Assembly: GCA_964525555.1 (NCBI GenBank)
Contig: CAZGHN010000013.1
Span: 1,144-65,143, forward strand
Length of the DNA: 64,000 bases
Direction: 5' to 3'
DNA from: an uncultured bacterium
GTDB taxonomy: Bacteria > Hydrothermota > UBA3072
Position 1 is the first letter of the stretch; every line of letters starts with the position of its first letter. This document shows, piece after piece, positions 20,383 through 31,000 of this stretch. The notes beneath the pieces were generated by a model, which did no database searches, was not told the origin of the DNA, and worked only from the letters and a program-made list of their open reading frames with translations. The position numbers and the translations under genes were made by a program.

Positions 20383-21372
20383 ATGAGTATTGATTTACAA
20401 AAGTTAAATAAAGAAGCAGAGGAGAAGAGTGCTGTAATTGAAAACCTTTTCGCAGAAATAGGCAAATCTATAATAGGGCAAAGAGAAATCTTAGAAAAAA
20501 CCATTATAGGTCTTCTTACAAGAGGACATATCCTCATAGAAGGAGTTCCTGGTCTTGCAAAAACCTACATAATAAAAACGCTTGCAGCGGCAGTAAATGC
20601 CACTTTCAGAAGAATCCAGTTCACTCCTGACCTTCTCCCTGCTGACATTACGGGAACCCAAATATACAATCAGAAAACCGGCGATTTTACACCTAAGAAA
20701 GGTCCTCTATTTGCAAACTTTATATTATCTGACGAGATAAATAGAGCCCCTCCAAAGGTTCAAAGCGCATTACTCGAAGCAATGCAGGAAAGACAGGTAA
20801 CTATAGGAGACCAGACATATCCTCTGCCCGAACCATTTATGGTTCTGGCAACTCAGAATCCTATAGAACAGGAAGGAACATATCCTCTACCTGAGGCTCA
20901 AGTTGATCGATTTAAACAGAAATTGGTCATTGGTTACCCAAATAAGGAAGAAGAAAAAAGAATCATGAAACAGCAAACAGCAGAAGAACTTCCTAAAACA
21001 AAACCTGTAGTGGACATAAAGAAAATAAACTCTCTTAGAGACTTTATTTTCAAAATACATGCCGATGAAAAAATAAGGGATTATATCATCGATATAGTAT
21101 TTGCTACAAGAAAGCCTTCCGATTATGGTATTAAAGACCTAGACGTTTATATTAGATACGGTGCATCACCAAGGGCATCAATATATCTTTTTGAAGCTGC
21201 TAGAGCTCATGCATTCTTGCAGCGGCGAGGCTTTGTGATACCCGAAGATGTAAAAGCGGCTGTGTATGACATTCTTCGTCACAGAATAATTTTATCTTAT
21301 GAAGCCGAAGCAGAGGGCGTAAAAGAAGAAGACATAATAAGAGATATTTTAGAAGCTGTTGAAATACCATAG
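20383..21372 (+). CDS. MoxR-family AAA+ ATPase
   Basis: Walker A GVPGLAKT, Walker B ILSDEINRA; classic MoxR length (329 aa). Confidence 0.9.
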   Translation: MSIDLQKLNKEAEEKSAVIENLFAEIGKSIIGQREILEKTIIGLLTRGHILIEGVPGLAKTYIIKTLAAAVNATFRRIQFTPDLLPADITGTQIYNQKTGDFTPKKGPLFANFILSDEINRAPPKVQSALLEAMQERQVTIGDQTYPLPEPFMVLATQNPIEQEGTYPLPEAQVDRFKQKLVIGYPNKEEEKRIMKQQTAEELPKTKPVVDIKKINSLRDFIFKIHADEKIRDYIIDIVFATRKPSDYGIKDLDVYIRYGASPRASIYLFEAARAHAFLQRRGFVIPEDVKAAVYDILRHRIILSYEAEAEGVKEEDIIRDILEAVEIP

Positions 21373-21715
21373 CGCGGAAACCCCAAACTAAAAAAAAGGA
21401 TCACCACAGAGAACACAGAGGAATCGATTGTGGTAAAAAAAGAAAAAACACTGAGAACACAGAGAAAAAAACAAAAGGAAATAGCCACGGATGAACACGG
21501 AAAAACAAGGATTAAAAAATTTATTCTTTTGTTTTAATAAAAAAAGTATATGGGAAGGGGTGGGTATCAGCGTTCATCAGCGTAAATCAGTGGCTAATTC
21601 AGATGTGCTGGCTTGGGTTTCGAAAACACAAAATGTAAACTCTTTGAACTCTGTGGTAAAAAAAATCGGTGTGGTGTTGTGTGGGCTCTGTGTTTAGTTT
21701 TTTTAATAAATAACT

Positions 21716-22600
21716 ATGGAAGATCGAATTAAAGAGATACTAAAAGAAGTAAGACAAATCGAAATAGAGTCCAAAAAGGTAGTAAACACTCTCTTTGGCG
21801 GAGAATACAAAAGTTCCTTTAAAGGCAAAGGAATGGAATTCCATGAAGTACGAGATTACTTTCCGGGAGACGATGTAAGAAACATCGATTGGAATGTAAC
21901 AGCCAGAATGAATCATCCTTTTGTCAAGAGATTCGTAGAAGAAAGAGAGTTGACGATTTTTATAATAGCCGACTGTAGCGGTTCAGGCGACTTTGGCACA
22001 CGAAAAGAAAAGAAAAAAGACCTAATAGCCAGAATAGCCGCTCTTTTTGCATTTTCTGCCGAAAAAAACAACGACAAAGCAGGACTTTTGATGTTTTCCG
22101 ATAAGGTAGAACATTATCTTCCTCCCGCAAAAGGAAGAAGACATACTCTCCATATAATACGGGATATCTTGCTTTTCCAAGGAGAAAGTAAAAAAACCGA
22201 TCCTGTACCTGCAATGGAGTTTTCCCAAGAAGTTCTGCGCCACGGTTCTATTGTTATTTTAATTTCCGACTTCCTTGGAGAGACTTTTGACGTAAAACAT
22301 ATAAGAATGCCTCTTTCTCTTATGGCAAAGAAATTTGATTTGATCCCGATTATAGTTCGAGACCCTATGGAAATTGATCTCACCATCAATGGAAAAATAA
22401 CCTTTAGGGATGCAGAAAGCGGTAAAATAAAGATGTTTGACGGTAAAGAACTATCAAAAAAAATCAAAGAAATCCGCAGCGCAAGAGACGAAGAACTATA
22501 CCGTATACTTAACATAAATGGCCTTGATAGAATAGAAATAAAATCCGGAGAAGATTACGTCGGTTCTATTCATCGCCTTTTTCAAAGGAGACTTCCTTGA
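21716..22600 (+). CDS. DUF58 (vWA-like) protein, MoxR partner
   Basis: Position directly after MoxR; DUF58-type sequence (…DYFPGDDVRNIDWNVTAR…). Confidence 0.7.
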   Translation: MEDRIKEILKEVRQIEIESKKVVNTLFGGEYKSSFKGKGMEFHEVRDYFPGDDVRNIDWNVTARMNHPFVKRFVEERELTIFIIADCSGSGDFGTRKEKKKDLIARIAALFAFSAEKNNDKAGLLMFSDKVEHYLPPAKGRRHTLHIIRDILLFQGESKKTDPVPAMEFSQEVLRHGSIVILISDFLGETFDVKHIRMPLSLMAKKFDLIPIIVRDPMEIDLTINGKITFRDAESGKIKMFDGKELSKKIKEIRSARDEELYRILNINGLDRIEIKSGEDYVGSIHRLFQRRLP

Positions 22601-23391
22601 TTTTACTTTATATTATCTCCTTACTAAATCTCCGGATAACTCCTGATTCTGCAACCGTGGGAGATACTTTAACCTTAAATATTAGAGGGATTTTACCCGA
22701 TTCCTTAACGATTATAAAGCCCGATTCCTTTCCCGATATTATCATATTAGATTCTATCAAACAAAGTTCCGACACATCCGCTATATTACATTTTACATCC
22801 TTCTCGACAGGGCCACAGGAATTCAAACTTAAAGCAGACAAAGATACACTAACTTCTATCTACTTTATAAAATCTATTCTGGAGCCGGAAAACAAAGGTA
22901 TATCACCAATTTGGGGTCCCTACGGCTTTTTCAACTGGCATTATCTACTATTTTTATTAATCCTCCCCCTTGGGGGCATCGCCTACCTTATTTTTAAAAA
23001 ATATAGAAGAAAGGATATAGAGTTAATAGAAGAAGACCAGATGGAACCAGCAGAAGAAGCCTTAATAAACCTAAAAATACTCGAAGAAAAAGTTTCCGAG
23101 TGGAATTGGAACAAACTCTATACTTCTTTATCATATATCTCAAGAAGATATATGGAAAGAAAGGCAAAAATTCCTGCCTCGGAAGCAACAACATCCGAAC
23201 TGCTCCTTTTAATAAAAAAAGACCGACTTGATTTATTTTCTCCTCTGGTAAGACAATTCCCGACTTGGGATTTGATAAAATTCGCCGATAAAGAAGCAAG
23301 TCCCGAAGAATTCGATAAGGACATTGCTCTACTTAGAACAATAATAGAAAAAACGGAAAAGGAAGATCAAGAAGATGATACACTTCAATAA
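22597..23391 (+). CDS. hypothetical membrane protein in the Bat operon
   Basis: Single TM segment, C-terminal acidic tail; its start overlaps the stop of the DUF58 gene (ATGA), and its 3' end overlaps batA by 17 nt. Confidence 0.4.
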   Translation: MILLYIISLLNLRITPDSATVGDTLTLNIRGILPDSLTIIKPDSFPDIIILDSIKQSSDTSAILHFTSFSTGPQEFKLKADKDTLTSIYFIKSILEPENKGISPIWGPYGFFNWHYLLFLLILPLGGIAYLIFKKYRRKDIELIEEDQMEPAEEALINLKILEEKVSEWNWNKLYTSLSYISRRYMERKAKIPASEATTSELLLLIKKDRLDLFSPLVRQFPTWDLIKFADKEASPEEFDKDIALLRTIIEKTEKEDQEDDTLQ

Positions 23392-24346
23392 TCCTCTTTA
23401 TCTTACAGGCCTGGTTTTAGTCCCTCTTTTCTATTTTCTACAAAAGAAAAGAAGTAACCCCTCTATCCTTTATTCCGACACCTATTCTCTGGGATTAAAA
23501 CCAGCAGGCGAAATATATACAAACTTAAGAAATTACCTTTTGTTACCAATTTTAATCTTAATGTTCATCGGACTTGCGCGTCCACAAAGGGGATACGAAA
23601 CAGAAATTATAAATAAAGAAGGGATCGATATCGTAATCGTTATGGATATATCAGGCTCTATGAGAGCTGCGGATTTTAAGCCCAATCGGATGGAGGCAGC
23701 GAAGAAACTGGGAAGTGAATTCATAGATATGCGCAGTGGAGACAGAATAGGACTGGTTGTCTACGCACGAGAAGGTCTGATCCTTGCCCCTTTAACTCTC
23801 GACCACGACTTAATCAAGCAACAGATCGAGTCTCTCAAATTCGATCTTCTTCCTGACGGAACCGCAATAGGAATGGGTATAACCTATGGAACTTTTATCC
23901 TGTCCGGTTCGACTAGTAAAAATAAAATCATGGTGCTTCTTACAGATGGAAGGAACAATGCCGGCAATATAGATCCAGAGGCTGCGGCAAAAAACGCTCT
24001 CGAGGCTGGCATAAAGATTTACACGATCGGAATAGGAGAAAGAGGCCCGGTGCCTTATCCTGTACAGAATGCTTTAGGAATAACACACTACGCGAACGCA
24101 GATTTCGAAATAAACGAAGAAGTCCTGGAAAAAATCGCGGACGAAACGAGAGGAAAATATTTCCGTGCAACTTCCAGCGAAACCCTTAAAGAAATTTATG
24201 AAATAATAGATAAAATGGAAACAACAATTTTTAAAGTCGAAAAGCTCGCCAAATATAGAGAGAAATTACACCTTGTCCTTATACCTGCGGTAATTTTATT
24301 TATGGTTATTTTTATAGAACCGGTCGCTTCAAGGAGAATACCATGA
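23375..24346 (+). CDS. batA: BatA-like von Willebrand factor A domain membrane protein
   Basis: N-terminal TM helices then a vWA MIDAS motif (DISGSM…); LTDGRNN. Confidence 0.75.
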   Translation: MIHFNNPLYLTGLVLVPLFYFLQKKRSNPSILYSDTYSLGLKPAGEIYTNLRNYLLLPILILMFIGLARPQRGYETEIINKEGIDIVIVMDISGSMRAADFKPNRMEAAKKLGSEFIDMRSGDRIGLVVYAREGLILAPLTLDHDLIKQQIESLKFDLLPDGTAIGMGITYGTFILSGSTSKNKIMVLLTDGRNNAGNIDPEAAAKNALEAGIKIYTIGIGERGPVPYPVQNALGITHYANADFEINEEVLEKIADETRGKYFRATSSETLKEIYEIIDKMETTIFKVEKLAKYREKLHLVLIPAVILFMVIFIEPVASRRIP

Positions 24347-25332
24347 ATTGGACTTCCCCATTTTATCTCAATTTCCTATGGTTCGTGCCGATGGTAGTCT
24401 CACTGGTGTTCTACGTAAGACAGAGGAATAAAAAAATACTAAAAAAGATTGCAGATAAAAACCTGCGGGGAGTTATATGGAAAGAAGATAGAAAAAAATC
24501 TTTATGGAGAGAAATACTGCTGATCGCTTCACTTACACTTTTAATCATCGCATCGGCCAGGCCAAGATGGGGAAAACAGCTGACTATTACTCAGGTAGAA
24601 GGATATAATGTGGTTTTCGCGCTCGACGCTTCATCCAGCATGCTCGCTCAGGACGTAAAAGGAGGGCGTCTCAACAAAGCCAAAGAATCCATCAAAGCAG
24701 CACTGAATCAGCTGCCTGGAAGCCGCTTCGGACTCGTTGCGTTCTCCGGTAATGCTTATATATTATGCCCTCTGACTACCGACGTAAATTCTTTCCGTTT
24801 ATTTATTGATATGGTAGAACCTTCGCTTATACCTACGGAAGGAACGGATATTGGTGGCGCAATAAGAAAATCCATGGAATTATTTTCCGAAAAGATAAGC
24901 GGTTCAAAAATCATTATCCTGGTAACCGACGGAGAAAACACGCGGGGAGACCCGAGGGTGGATGCCTTAAATGCCAGAAAAGAAGGAATAAAAATATTTA
25001 CGATTTCCGCAGGAACAAAGGAAGGCGCTCCTATCCCAAAATACAACGAAGAGGGGAAATTTTCAGAGTACCTGAAAGACGATAACGGCAAACCCCATAT
25101 ATCCATCGTAAACCAAGATATGCTGAAATTAATCGCAAGGGCCGGAGACGGAGCTTTTCTTGAGGGTGAGGGCGTAGAATTGGGTATTTTAATCAAATTA
25201 TTCAAGGGCCTAAAAACCGGAGAATTTTCTTCGGAAAAAGTCGAACATTACCAGGAAAAATATATTTTCTTCTTGATACCCTCTCTTTTATTTCTTATAA
25301 TTGCAATTCTCATTAAAACGGGGAAGGAATGA
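24343..25332 (+). CDS. batB: BatB-like vWA domain membrane protein
   Basis: vWA MIDAS (DASSSM…, VTDGENT); C-terminal TM helix; its start overlaps the stop of batA (ATGA). Confidence 0.75.
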   Translation: MNWTSPFYLNFLWFVPMVVSLVFYVRQRNKKILKKIADKNLRGVIWKEDRKKSLWREILLIASLTLLIIASARPRWGKQLTITQVEGYNVVFALDASSSMLAQDVKGGRLNKAKESIKAALNQLPGSRFGLVAFSGNAYILCPLTTDVNSFRLFIDMVEPSLIPTEGTDIGGAIRKSMELFSEKISGSKIIILVTDGENTRGDPRVDALNARKEGIKIFTISAGTKEGAPIPKYNEEGKFSEYLKDDNGKPHISIVNQDMLKLIARAGDGAFLEGEGVELGILIKLFKGLKTGEFSSEKVEHYQEKYIFFLIPSLLFLIIAILIKTGKE

Positions 25333-25916
25333 TACTGCTTTTTTTAATCGCTCTTGATGTATCACCTCTAGTTAATAAAGCCAACAAGCTTTACGAAAAA
25401 GAAAAGTATGAAGAAGCTTACGAAATATATAAAGATGCCTCGATTCTATACCCGGACAACGAAAAAATAAAATTTAATATGGCTGATTGCGCGTACGAAT
25501 TGAAAAGATTCAGAGAAGCCGGCGATGAATTCGCGCGTCTTACTATATCCAAAGATAAAGATTTGCGTGAAAAAAGTTTTTATAATCTTGGAAACGTTTT
25601 CATGGAGGCAAAACAGTACGATGAAGCTATATCTGCATACAAACAGGCTTTACTTTTAAAATCAAAAGATGGGCGAGCGAAAAGAAACCTTGAAATAGCT
25701 AAAATGATGAAAGACCAGCAGAAAAAAAATAAGGACAAAAACAAAGATGAAGAAAATAAACAACAACAGCAGCAGAAACAGAAACAACCCCAACAACAAC
25801 CCCAGCCTACACAGCAGGATAAAATCAACGAAGCTCTTAAAAACGAACAGAAAAAAACAATGAAGGAAGCCCTTAAGCGTAAAGGAGGAAGGGAAGAAAA
25901 CGCCGGGAAATGGTGA
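25329..25916 (+). CDS. batC: BatC-like TPR-repeat protein with a Gln/Lys-rich tail
   Basis: TPR-like helical pairs; operon position. Confidence 0.55.
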   Translation: MILLFLIALDVSPLVNKANKLYEKEKYEEAYEIYKDASILYPDNEKIKFNMADCAYELKRFREAGDEFARLTISKDKDLREKSFYNLGNVFMEAKQYDEAISAYKQALLLKSKDGRAKRNLEIAKMMKDQQKKNKDKNKDEENKQQQQQKQKQPQQQPQPTQQDKINEALKNEQKKTMKEALKRKGGREENAGKW

Positions 25917-27601
25917 TATTATTACTCTTATCTTTAACGTTTACAGCCTCGGTGGATAATACGATTGTACCTGTAGGAGAATCATTCAATGTAAGTGTTT
26001 CCATCGAAGGAGAAAATCTTTCAGGCGTAGGAGAACCCTCCTCACCGAATATTCCGGGGATAGATATTCTTGGCTCTTCAAGGTCTCAATCCACGCAAAT
26101 TAACTTTATCAACGGAAAACTTAACAAATCTACAAGCCTCATATACGATTATCAGATGATTGCGAAAAAAGAGGGGACTTTCACAATCCCTTCTTTTACC
26201 TTAAAACACAGCGGAAAAACTTATTCCACAGAACCTATAAAGATAACTGTTACCAAAGGCGTAAACCGAAAAAACGTAAAGCCTGACAGATATTATGACA
26301 CGGAAACGGAAGCCGGAGAGTTCAGGTCTGTTTTCCTCGAAAGTCAGGTTTCAAAAAGTTCATTATATCCCGGAGAACCCTTGATTGTGACCCACTATCT
26401 CTACGCGAAAACCAACCTTGCTGATGTACAGATGACCGGTTTCCCAAGCTATGAAAACGTCTGGGTGGAAAACATACAATCCCCCACAAGATTGACAACA
26501 ACAAGAGCGACAAAAAACGGGATCAGCTATCAAAGAGCTCTGATAAAACAGGACATTTTGTTCCCTCTCGGAGAAAAGGACGTAGTTATCAATCCGTTTT
26601 CTATGCAGGTCTTAGTAAGAGGAGACATGTTTTCCTTCTTTGGAGAAAGAAAAACAATTTCATCTGAAGGAAAAACAATAAGAGTCAAATCATTCCCTCT
26701 CGATCGTCCCGAGGGGTTTAAGGACGCGGTCGGTAACTTTACGATATCCGCGCAGATTGACACTTCAAACATTAAAGTAGATGCTCCTTTCACGCTAAAA
26801 GTTATAATAAAAGGAGAAGGAAATTTAAATCTATTATCGGCGCCTAATTTCCCTGAAACAAGGAAGCTCACAACTTACGATCCGGAGTCAAGCGTAAACA
26901 CTAAAGTCTCTGGAGGTTCTTTGAAAGGGGAAAGGACTTTCACCTATCTTATAACTCCTAAAGTCTCGGGAATAATCCAAATTCCCGAGATAAAATGGGC
27001 TTATTTCGATATTAAAAACAAAAAATTCGCAGAGGGGAAAATAGGACCATGGCAACTAAAGGTAAGACCCGGAAGCGAGCTAACAGGAGAAGAAGAAACA
27101 TCCAAAATAAACAAAGATATCGCCTATATCTTACCGGTAGCGAATAAAAATGTCTCGCTTATGCCTAAATTCTTTCCTTTGTACTTCCTACCTTCTATTC
27201 TATTTCTTCTTTTATCAGCCTATTATGTTATGGATGTAAAAAAGACAAAAGTAGACAGAAGATACGCGAGTTTAAAAGCGATTCCGAGGCAATTAAAAAG
27301 TGGCTTCAAAAAATTAGAAAAAGAAATAGCCGCCAACAATCCCGTACAATTTTACGAGGATTTAACACGGCTTCTTTTAAAATTCATTAAATTGAAATTC
27401 CATCTAGAACCTTTCGGGATGACTAAGAAAGATATCATCTTAGAGCTACGCGAAAAGAAAGTCCCTGAAACAATACTGCCATCACTTAAAGAACTACTGG
27501 AGAGAAGTGAAGCCGTACGTTTCACTTCATTAAAGCTGGAAAAGAAGGAAATGAGCGACGATTTAAAGATAGCAAAAGAGGTAATCAATGCTTTATATTA
27601 A
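25910..27601 (+). CDS. batD: BatD-like protein
   Basis: 563 aa with an N-terminal signal peptide and a C-terminal TM segment; operon position between batC and batE. Confidence 0.55.
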   Translation: MVILLLLSLTFTASVDNTIVPVGESFNVSVSIEGENLSGVGEPSSPNIPGIDILGSSRSQSTQINFINGKLNKSTSLIYDYQMIAKKEGTFTIPSFTLKHSGKTYSTEPIKITVTKGVNRKNVKPDRYYDTETEAGEFRSVFLESQVSKSSLYPGEPLIVTHYLYAKTNLADVQMTGFPSYENVWVENIQSPTRLTTTRATKNGISYQRALIKQDILFPLGEKDVVINPFSMQVLVRGDMFSFFGERKTISSEGKTIRVKSFPLDRPEGFKDAVGNFTISAQIDTSNIKVDAPFTLKVIIKGEGNLNLLSAPNFPETRKLTTYDPESSVNTKVSGGSLKGERTFTYLITPKVSGIIQIPEIKWAYFDIKNKKFAEGKIGPWQLKVRPGSELTGEEETSKINKDIAYILPVANKNVSLMPKFFPLYFLPSILFLLLSAYYVMDVKKTKVDRRYASLKAIPRQLKSGFKKLEKEIAANNPVQFYEDLTRLLLKFIKLKFHLEPFGMTKKDIILELREKKVPETILPSLKELLERSEAVRFTSLKLEKKEMSDDLKIAKEVINALY

Positions 27602-28298
27602 TCTCCTCCTTCTGCTCTCACAGTCCTCGGTGTCCGCGGAAGAATGTTATAAAAAAGGCGAATATGGGGAAGCGCTCGTAAGATACGAGAAATATCTCGA
27701 TAAAGGGATACAAAATCCCGAAGTGTATTTAAATATCGGAAACTGCTATTACAGAATGGGTAATTTTGGAGAGAGCCTGTTATATTACAGAAAAGCATGG
27801 TTTCTCTCTCCCGGCAATCAAAATATTATAAATAATATTTCCCTGTTCGCAAAAAAAACCGCGAACCCCAACCCTTTTATTTCGTTTTTTTCGAAAGTAA
27901 TCGATCAAATTTCTCTCCGCCTATTTTCATATTTTCTAATTATATCCTTTACCCTTCTGGTAATCACCATTTCTATAAGGCTTATTCAGACGGTTAAACT
28001 AATCAATTTTCCGATTAATCCTTTACTTTTCTTATTCGGTTTATTCTTTATTTTCTCTCTTTTAGGATTTTCCGTCTGGTTTGGGAGGGCAAGATCAAGG
28101 TGGGTCGTTACAACAGAAACTACCATAGCCTACAGCGGCCCTGACGAGGAATTCAAGGAATTAATGCGAGTGGACGAAGCGGAAGAAGGTTCTCTTGTGA
28201 GAGAAGACGACGGATGGTGGCTCGTTCATTTTCGTTCAGGAGCAGGCGGCTGGATCGATTCGACAACCGCCGCGCTTGTAATTCCTGAACTTAAATAG
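27588..28298 (+). CDS. batE: BatE-like TPR / SH3b-like protein
   Basis: TPR at the N-terminus, TM helices, C-terminal SH3b-like segment (…GWWLVHFRSGAGGWI…). Confidence 0.5.
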   Translation: MLYINLLLLLSQSSVSAEECYKKGEYGEALVRYEKYLDKGIQNPEVYLNIGNCYYRMGNFGESLLYYRKAWFLSPGNQNIINNISLFAKKTANPNPFISFFSKVIDQISLRLFSYFLIISFTLLVITISIRLIQTVKLINFPINPLLFLFGLFFIFSLLGFSVWFGRARSRWVVTTETTIAYSGPDEEFKELMRVDEAEEGSLVREDDGWWLVHFRSGAGGWIDSTTAALVIPELK

Positions 28299-28368
28299 CC
28301 ATAGAGACGCAGAGAACACAGAGAAAAAAAGAAATTGTGTTGTTTAAAACCCCACACTCCGCACCGAA

Positions 28369-28851
28369 TTAATGTTGTAAAAGACGAATAGTAAAAAAGG
28401 CGATCATCCCAAAAGATATAACAACTTTTAGAAAAGTTCCTCCGAAGAAACCTATAACCGCGCCGGTTCCGGAACGGAAAGCTTCTTTTATTTTCTTTCC
28501 CACGATAAGCTCACCGATTAAAGCGCCTAACAGCGGACCCAAGACCAGTCCCCAGGGAATAAAAAACACGCCGATAACCGCACCGATGAAAGCTCCTATG
28601 AATCCAAGTTTGGAAGCGCCGAATTTCTTAGAACCTATGGAACTTGTAATATATTCTATCACAACCGAAAACACAGTTAGTATAAGAAAAATAATAACAA
28701 GATTTCTGGAAATTATTGTAAATCCGGATAACCATGCATAAATGTATATTCCGGCAAAAACTAAAGGAGTACCAGGAAGCATAGGCAAAATGCATCCAAT
28801 AAGGCCTACCAACATAATAAGATAACAACAAATTAAAATAAATATATGCAT
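28369..28851 (-). CDS. DUF456-family small membrane protein
   Basis: Four TM helices, Gly-rich; resembles the DUF456 family. Confidence 0.45.
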   Translation of the reverse strand: MHIFILICCYLIMLVGLIGCILPMLPGTPLVFAGIYIYAWLSGFTIISRNLVIIFLILTVFSVVIEYITSSIGSKKFGASKLGFIGAFIGAVIGVFFIPWGLVLGPLLGALIGELIVGKKIKEAFRSGTGAVIGFFGGTFLKVVISFGMIAFFTIRLLQH

Positions 28852-28854
28852 AAA

Positions 28855-30162
28855 TTATCTCAAGAAAGATGAAAGAGCAGAAGGTCCTCCTCTTCCCTTC
28901 ATTTGTTTTATTAATTTTTGAGCCATCATGAATTCTTTAAGTAACCGGTTAATGTCTTGAACAGAAGTCCCACTTCCTTTCGCTATACGTTTCCTTCTTG
29001 ATCCGTTCAATATGGAAGGATTTTTTCGCTCCTTTGGCGTCATAGATTGAATAATAGCTTCGGTTTTTATCATCTGTTTTTCATCCATTAACTTCTTTAA
29101 GCCTTTTCCTCCCGGAAACATATCAAGAATAGCATCGAGCGGCCCCATTTTCTTTAATTGTTTTATCTGACCCAAAAAATCTTCCAGATCGATTTTCCCT
29201 TCCTGAATCTTCTTATGAAATTTTTCTACGTCTTCCTTCTCGATAGCTTTTTCCGCCTTTTCCTGAAGAGTTTTCAAATCTCCCATTCCTAGAATTCTCG
29301 AAGCAAGTCTCTCCGGGTGCAGAACTTCAAGAGCATCTGCTTTCTCTCCTATACCTATAAATTTTATCGGTTTGCCCGTAACTTTCCTCATCGAAAGCGC
29401 AGCTCCACCCCTTGCATCACCATCCATCTTGGTAAGAATAATACCGGTTATCCCTAAAGCTTCCTCAAATTCTCTTGCAATATTTACAGCATCCTGCCCT
29501 GTCATCGAGTCCGCTACCAGGAGAATCTCGGAAGGATTAACCGTATCTTTTACTTTTTTAATCTGTTCTATCATTTCCTTATCAATATGAAGCCTTCCGG
29601 CTGTATCGAATATAAGAGTATCGTACCGCTTAAGTATAGAACGTGTAAGAGCCTGTTTGCAAAGTTTTACTTCATTATCGAATCTCTCGGAAAAATAAGG
29701 AAGGTTTTCTCTCTCTGCCATATCGCGAAGCTGTTCGAAAGCTGCGGGCCTTTTAACATCAGCAGGAATAAGAAAAGGGCTTCTTCCTTTACTCTTTAAG
29801 AAACTTCCTAGCTTTATCGCTGTGGTTGTTTTTCCCGATCCCTGCAGGCCCACGAGCAAAATAGAAGTCGGCTGTTTATCCAGCATAAGCGGCTCTGATT
29901 TCCCTATTAACCCTATAAGTTTTTCTCCAACAATTTGAATTATCATCTCGGCAGGAGTAAAACTATCATATATTTTTCGCTTCACCGCTTCGTTTTCAAC
30001 TTCGGTAACAAAACTCTGAGCTACATTCAAATTCACATCTGCCTCAAGCAGAGCTTTTCTTATATCTCTCATACTTTCTTTAACCTGCGAAGCCGAAAGC
30101 CTTCCTTTGCCTGAGAGATTCCTCGCTATATCTTTTATCCTTTCGTTTAATTTATCAAACAT
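28855..30162 (-). CDS. ffh: signal recognition particle protein Ffh
   Basis: N-terminal domain, G-domain with GLQGSGKTTT, and a C-terminal M-domain. Confidence 0.95.
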   Translation of the reverse strand: MFDKLNERIKDIARNLSGKGRLSASQVKESMRDIRKALLEADVNLNVAQSFVTEVENEAVKRKIYDSFTPAEMIIQIVGEKLIGLIGKSEPLMLDKQPTSILLVGLQGSGKTTTAIKLGSFLKSKGRSPFLIPADVKRPAAFEQLRDMAERENLPYFSERFDNEVKLCKQALTRSILKRYDTLIFDTAGRLHIDKEMIEQIKKVKDTVNPSEILLVADSMTGQDAVNIAREFEEALGITGIILTKMDGDARGGAALSMRKVTGKPIKFIGIGEKADALEVLHPERLASRILGMGDLKTLQEKAEKAIEKEDVEKFHKKIQEGKIDLEDFLGQIKQLKKMGPLDAILDMFPGGKGLKKLMDEKQMIKTEAIIQSMTPKERKNPSILNGSRRKRIAKGSGTSVQDINRLLKEFMMAQKLIKQMKGRGGPSALSSFLR

Positions 30163-30285
30163 ATGAGTAAATATAGGAGTGTTTTGTTTAATTGCAAGGC
30201 ACTTTTAGATAATTGAGCCATTAGTCTCTAGCCTCTAATCATAAGTCGATTCGTCCTTGACATAATTTAACAATATGCGTATTTA

Positions 30286-30798
30286 TTGAGTACTCTTCAT
30301 GAGGAAAGAATGAAAAGAATTACATATATTTTTTACATTTTAATATTTTTTATCTTTACTGTACAAAGTTGCAGGCAAAGAGATTCTAATCAGAAACAAC
30401 AGGAGATACAGATTTCTAAAATAGCCGCCGAAGAATATAAATCTGCCTTAAAACAAGCAGCAGAAAACAATCCGGAAGGACTTCTGAAACTTTATAAGAT
30501 AGCATCTGACGATTTAACTTATACCGTTGAATATAGTGAGGTTGCAGGGGAAGATCTAATTCATTTCTTGTATTCTAAAACCGAGTTGTGGATAAGGACT
30601 TTTTCGAAAGTTGAATTGAGCGAATTTAAAACATATCTCGGTAAGACTGGTTTAGGAGTTTCAGAACTCCCAGAAGGAGTAACCTCAGATGGCCAATTAA
30701 AACAAATTATAGTTGATAATATAAAGAAGATTAAAGGTGATGAAAAAGAAACCGAATTAATCGATTATATTCTAAAATTAATTAAAGAAAAACAATAG
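30286..30798 (+). CDS. hypothetical lipoprotein
   Basis: Signal peptide + FTVQSC lipobox-like motif. Confidence 0.35.
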   Translation: MSTLHEERMKRITYIFYILIFFIFTVQSCRQRDSNQKQQEIQISKIAAEEYKSALKQAAENNPEGLLKLYKIASDDLTYTVEYSEVAGEDLIHFLYSKTELWIRTFSKVELSEFKTYLGKTGLGVSELPEGVTSDGQLKQIIVDNIKKIKGDEKETELIDYILKLIKEKQ

Positions 30799-31000
30799 AT
30801 AAAAACATTTGTTATATTCGTGTCATCTGTTGTTAACTTAGCTATATGCTAAAAACAATAAATATCCTCTGTGTCCTTCGAGTCTCTGTGTGAAATATTT
30901 TTTTGGGGATTAGGATGGGATTCTCACCTTCTGACTCCTGGCTCCTGAATTCTGTTTTCCCGGTTGACATATCGAAAAAACCTTATATGTTTTATAAATT

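Noticed and set aside
25740-25830. CAA/CAG-rich stretch that looked like a microsatellite
   Set aside because: It encodes the poly-Gln/Lys tail of the BatC-like protein. It is an irregular codon mix, not a clean SSR.
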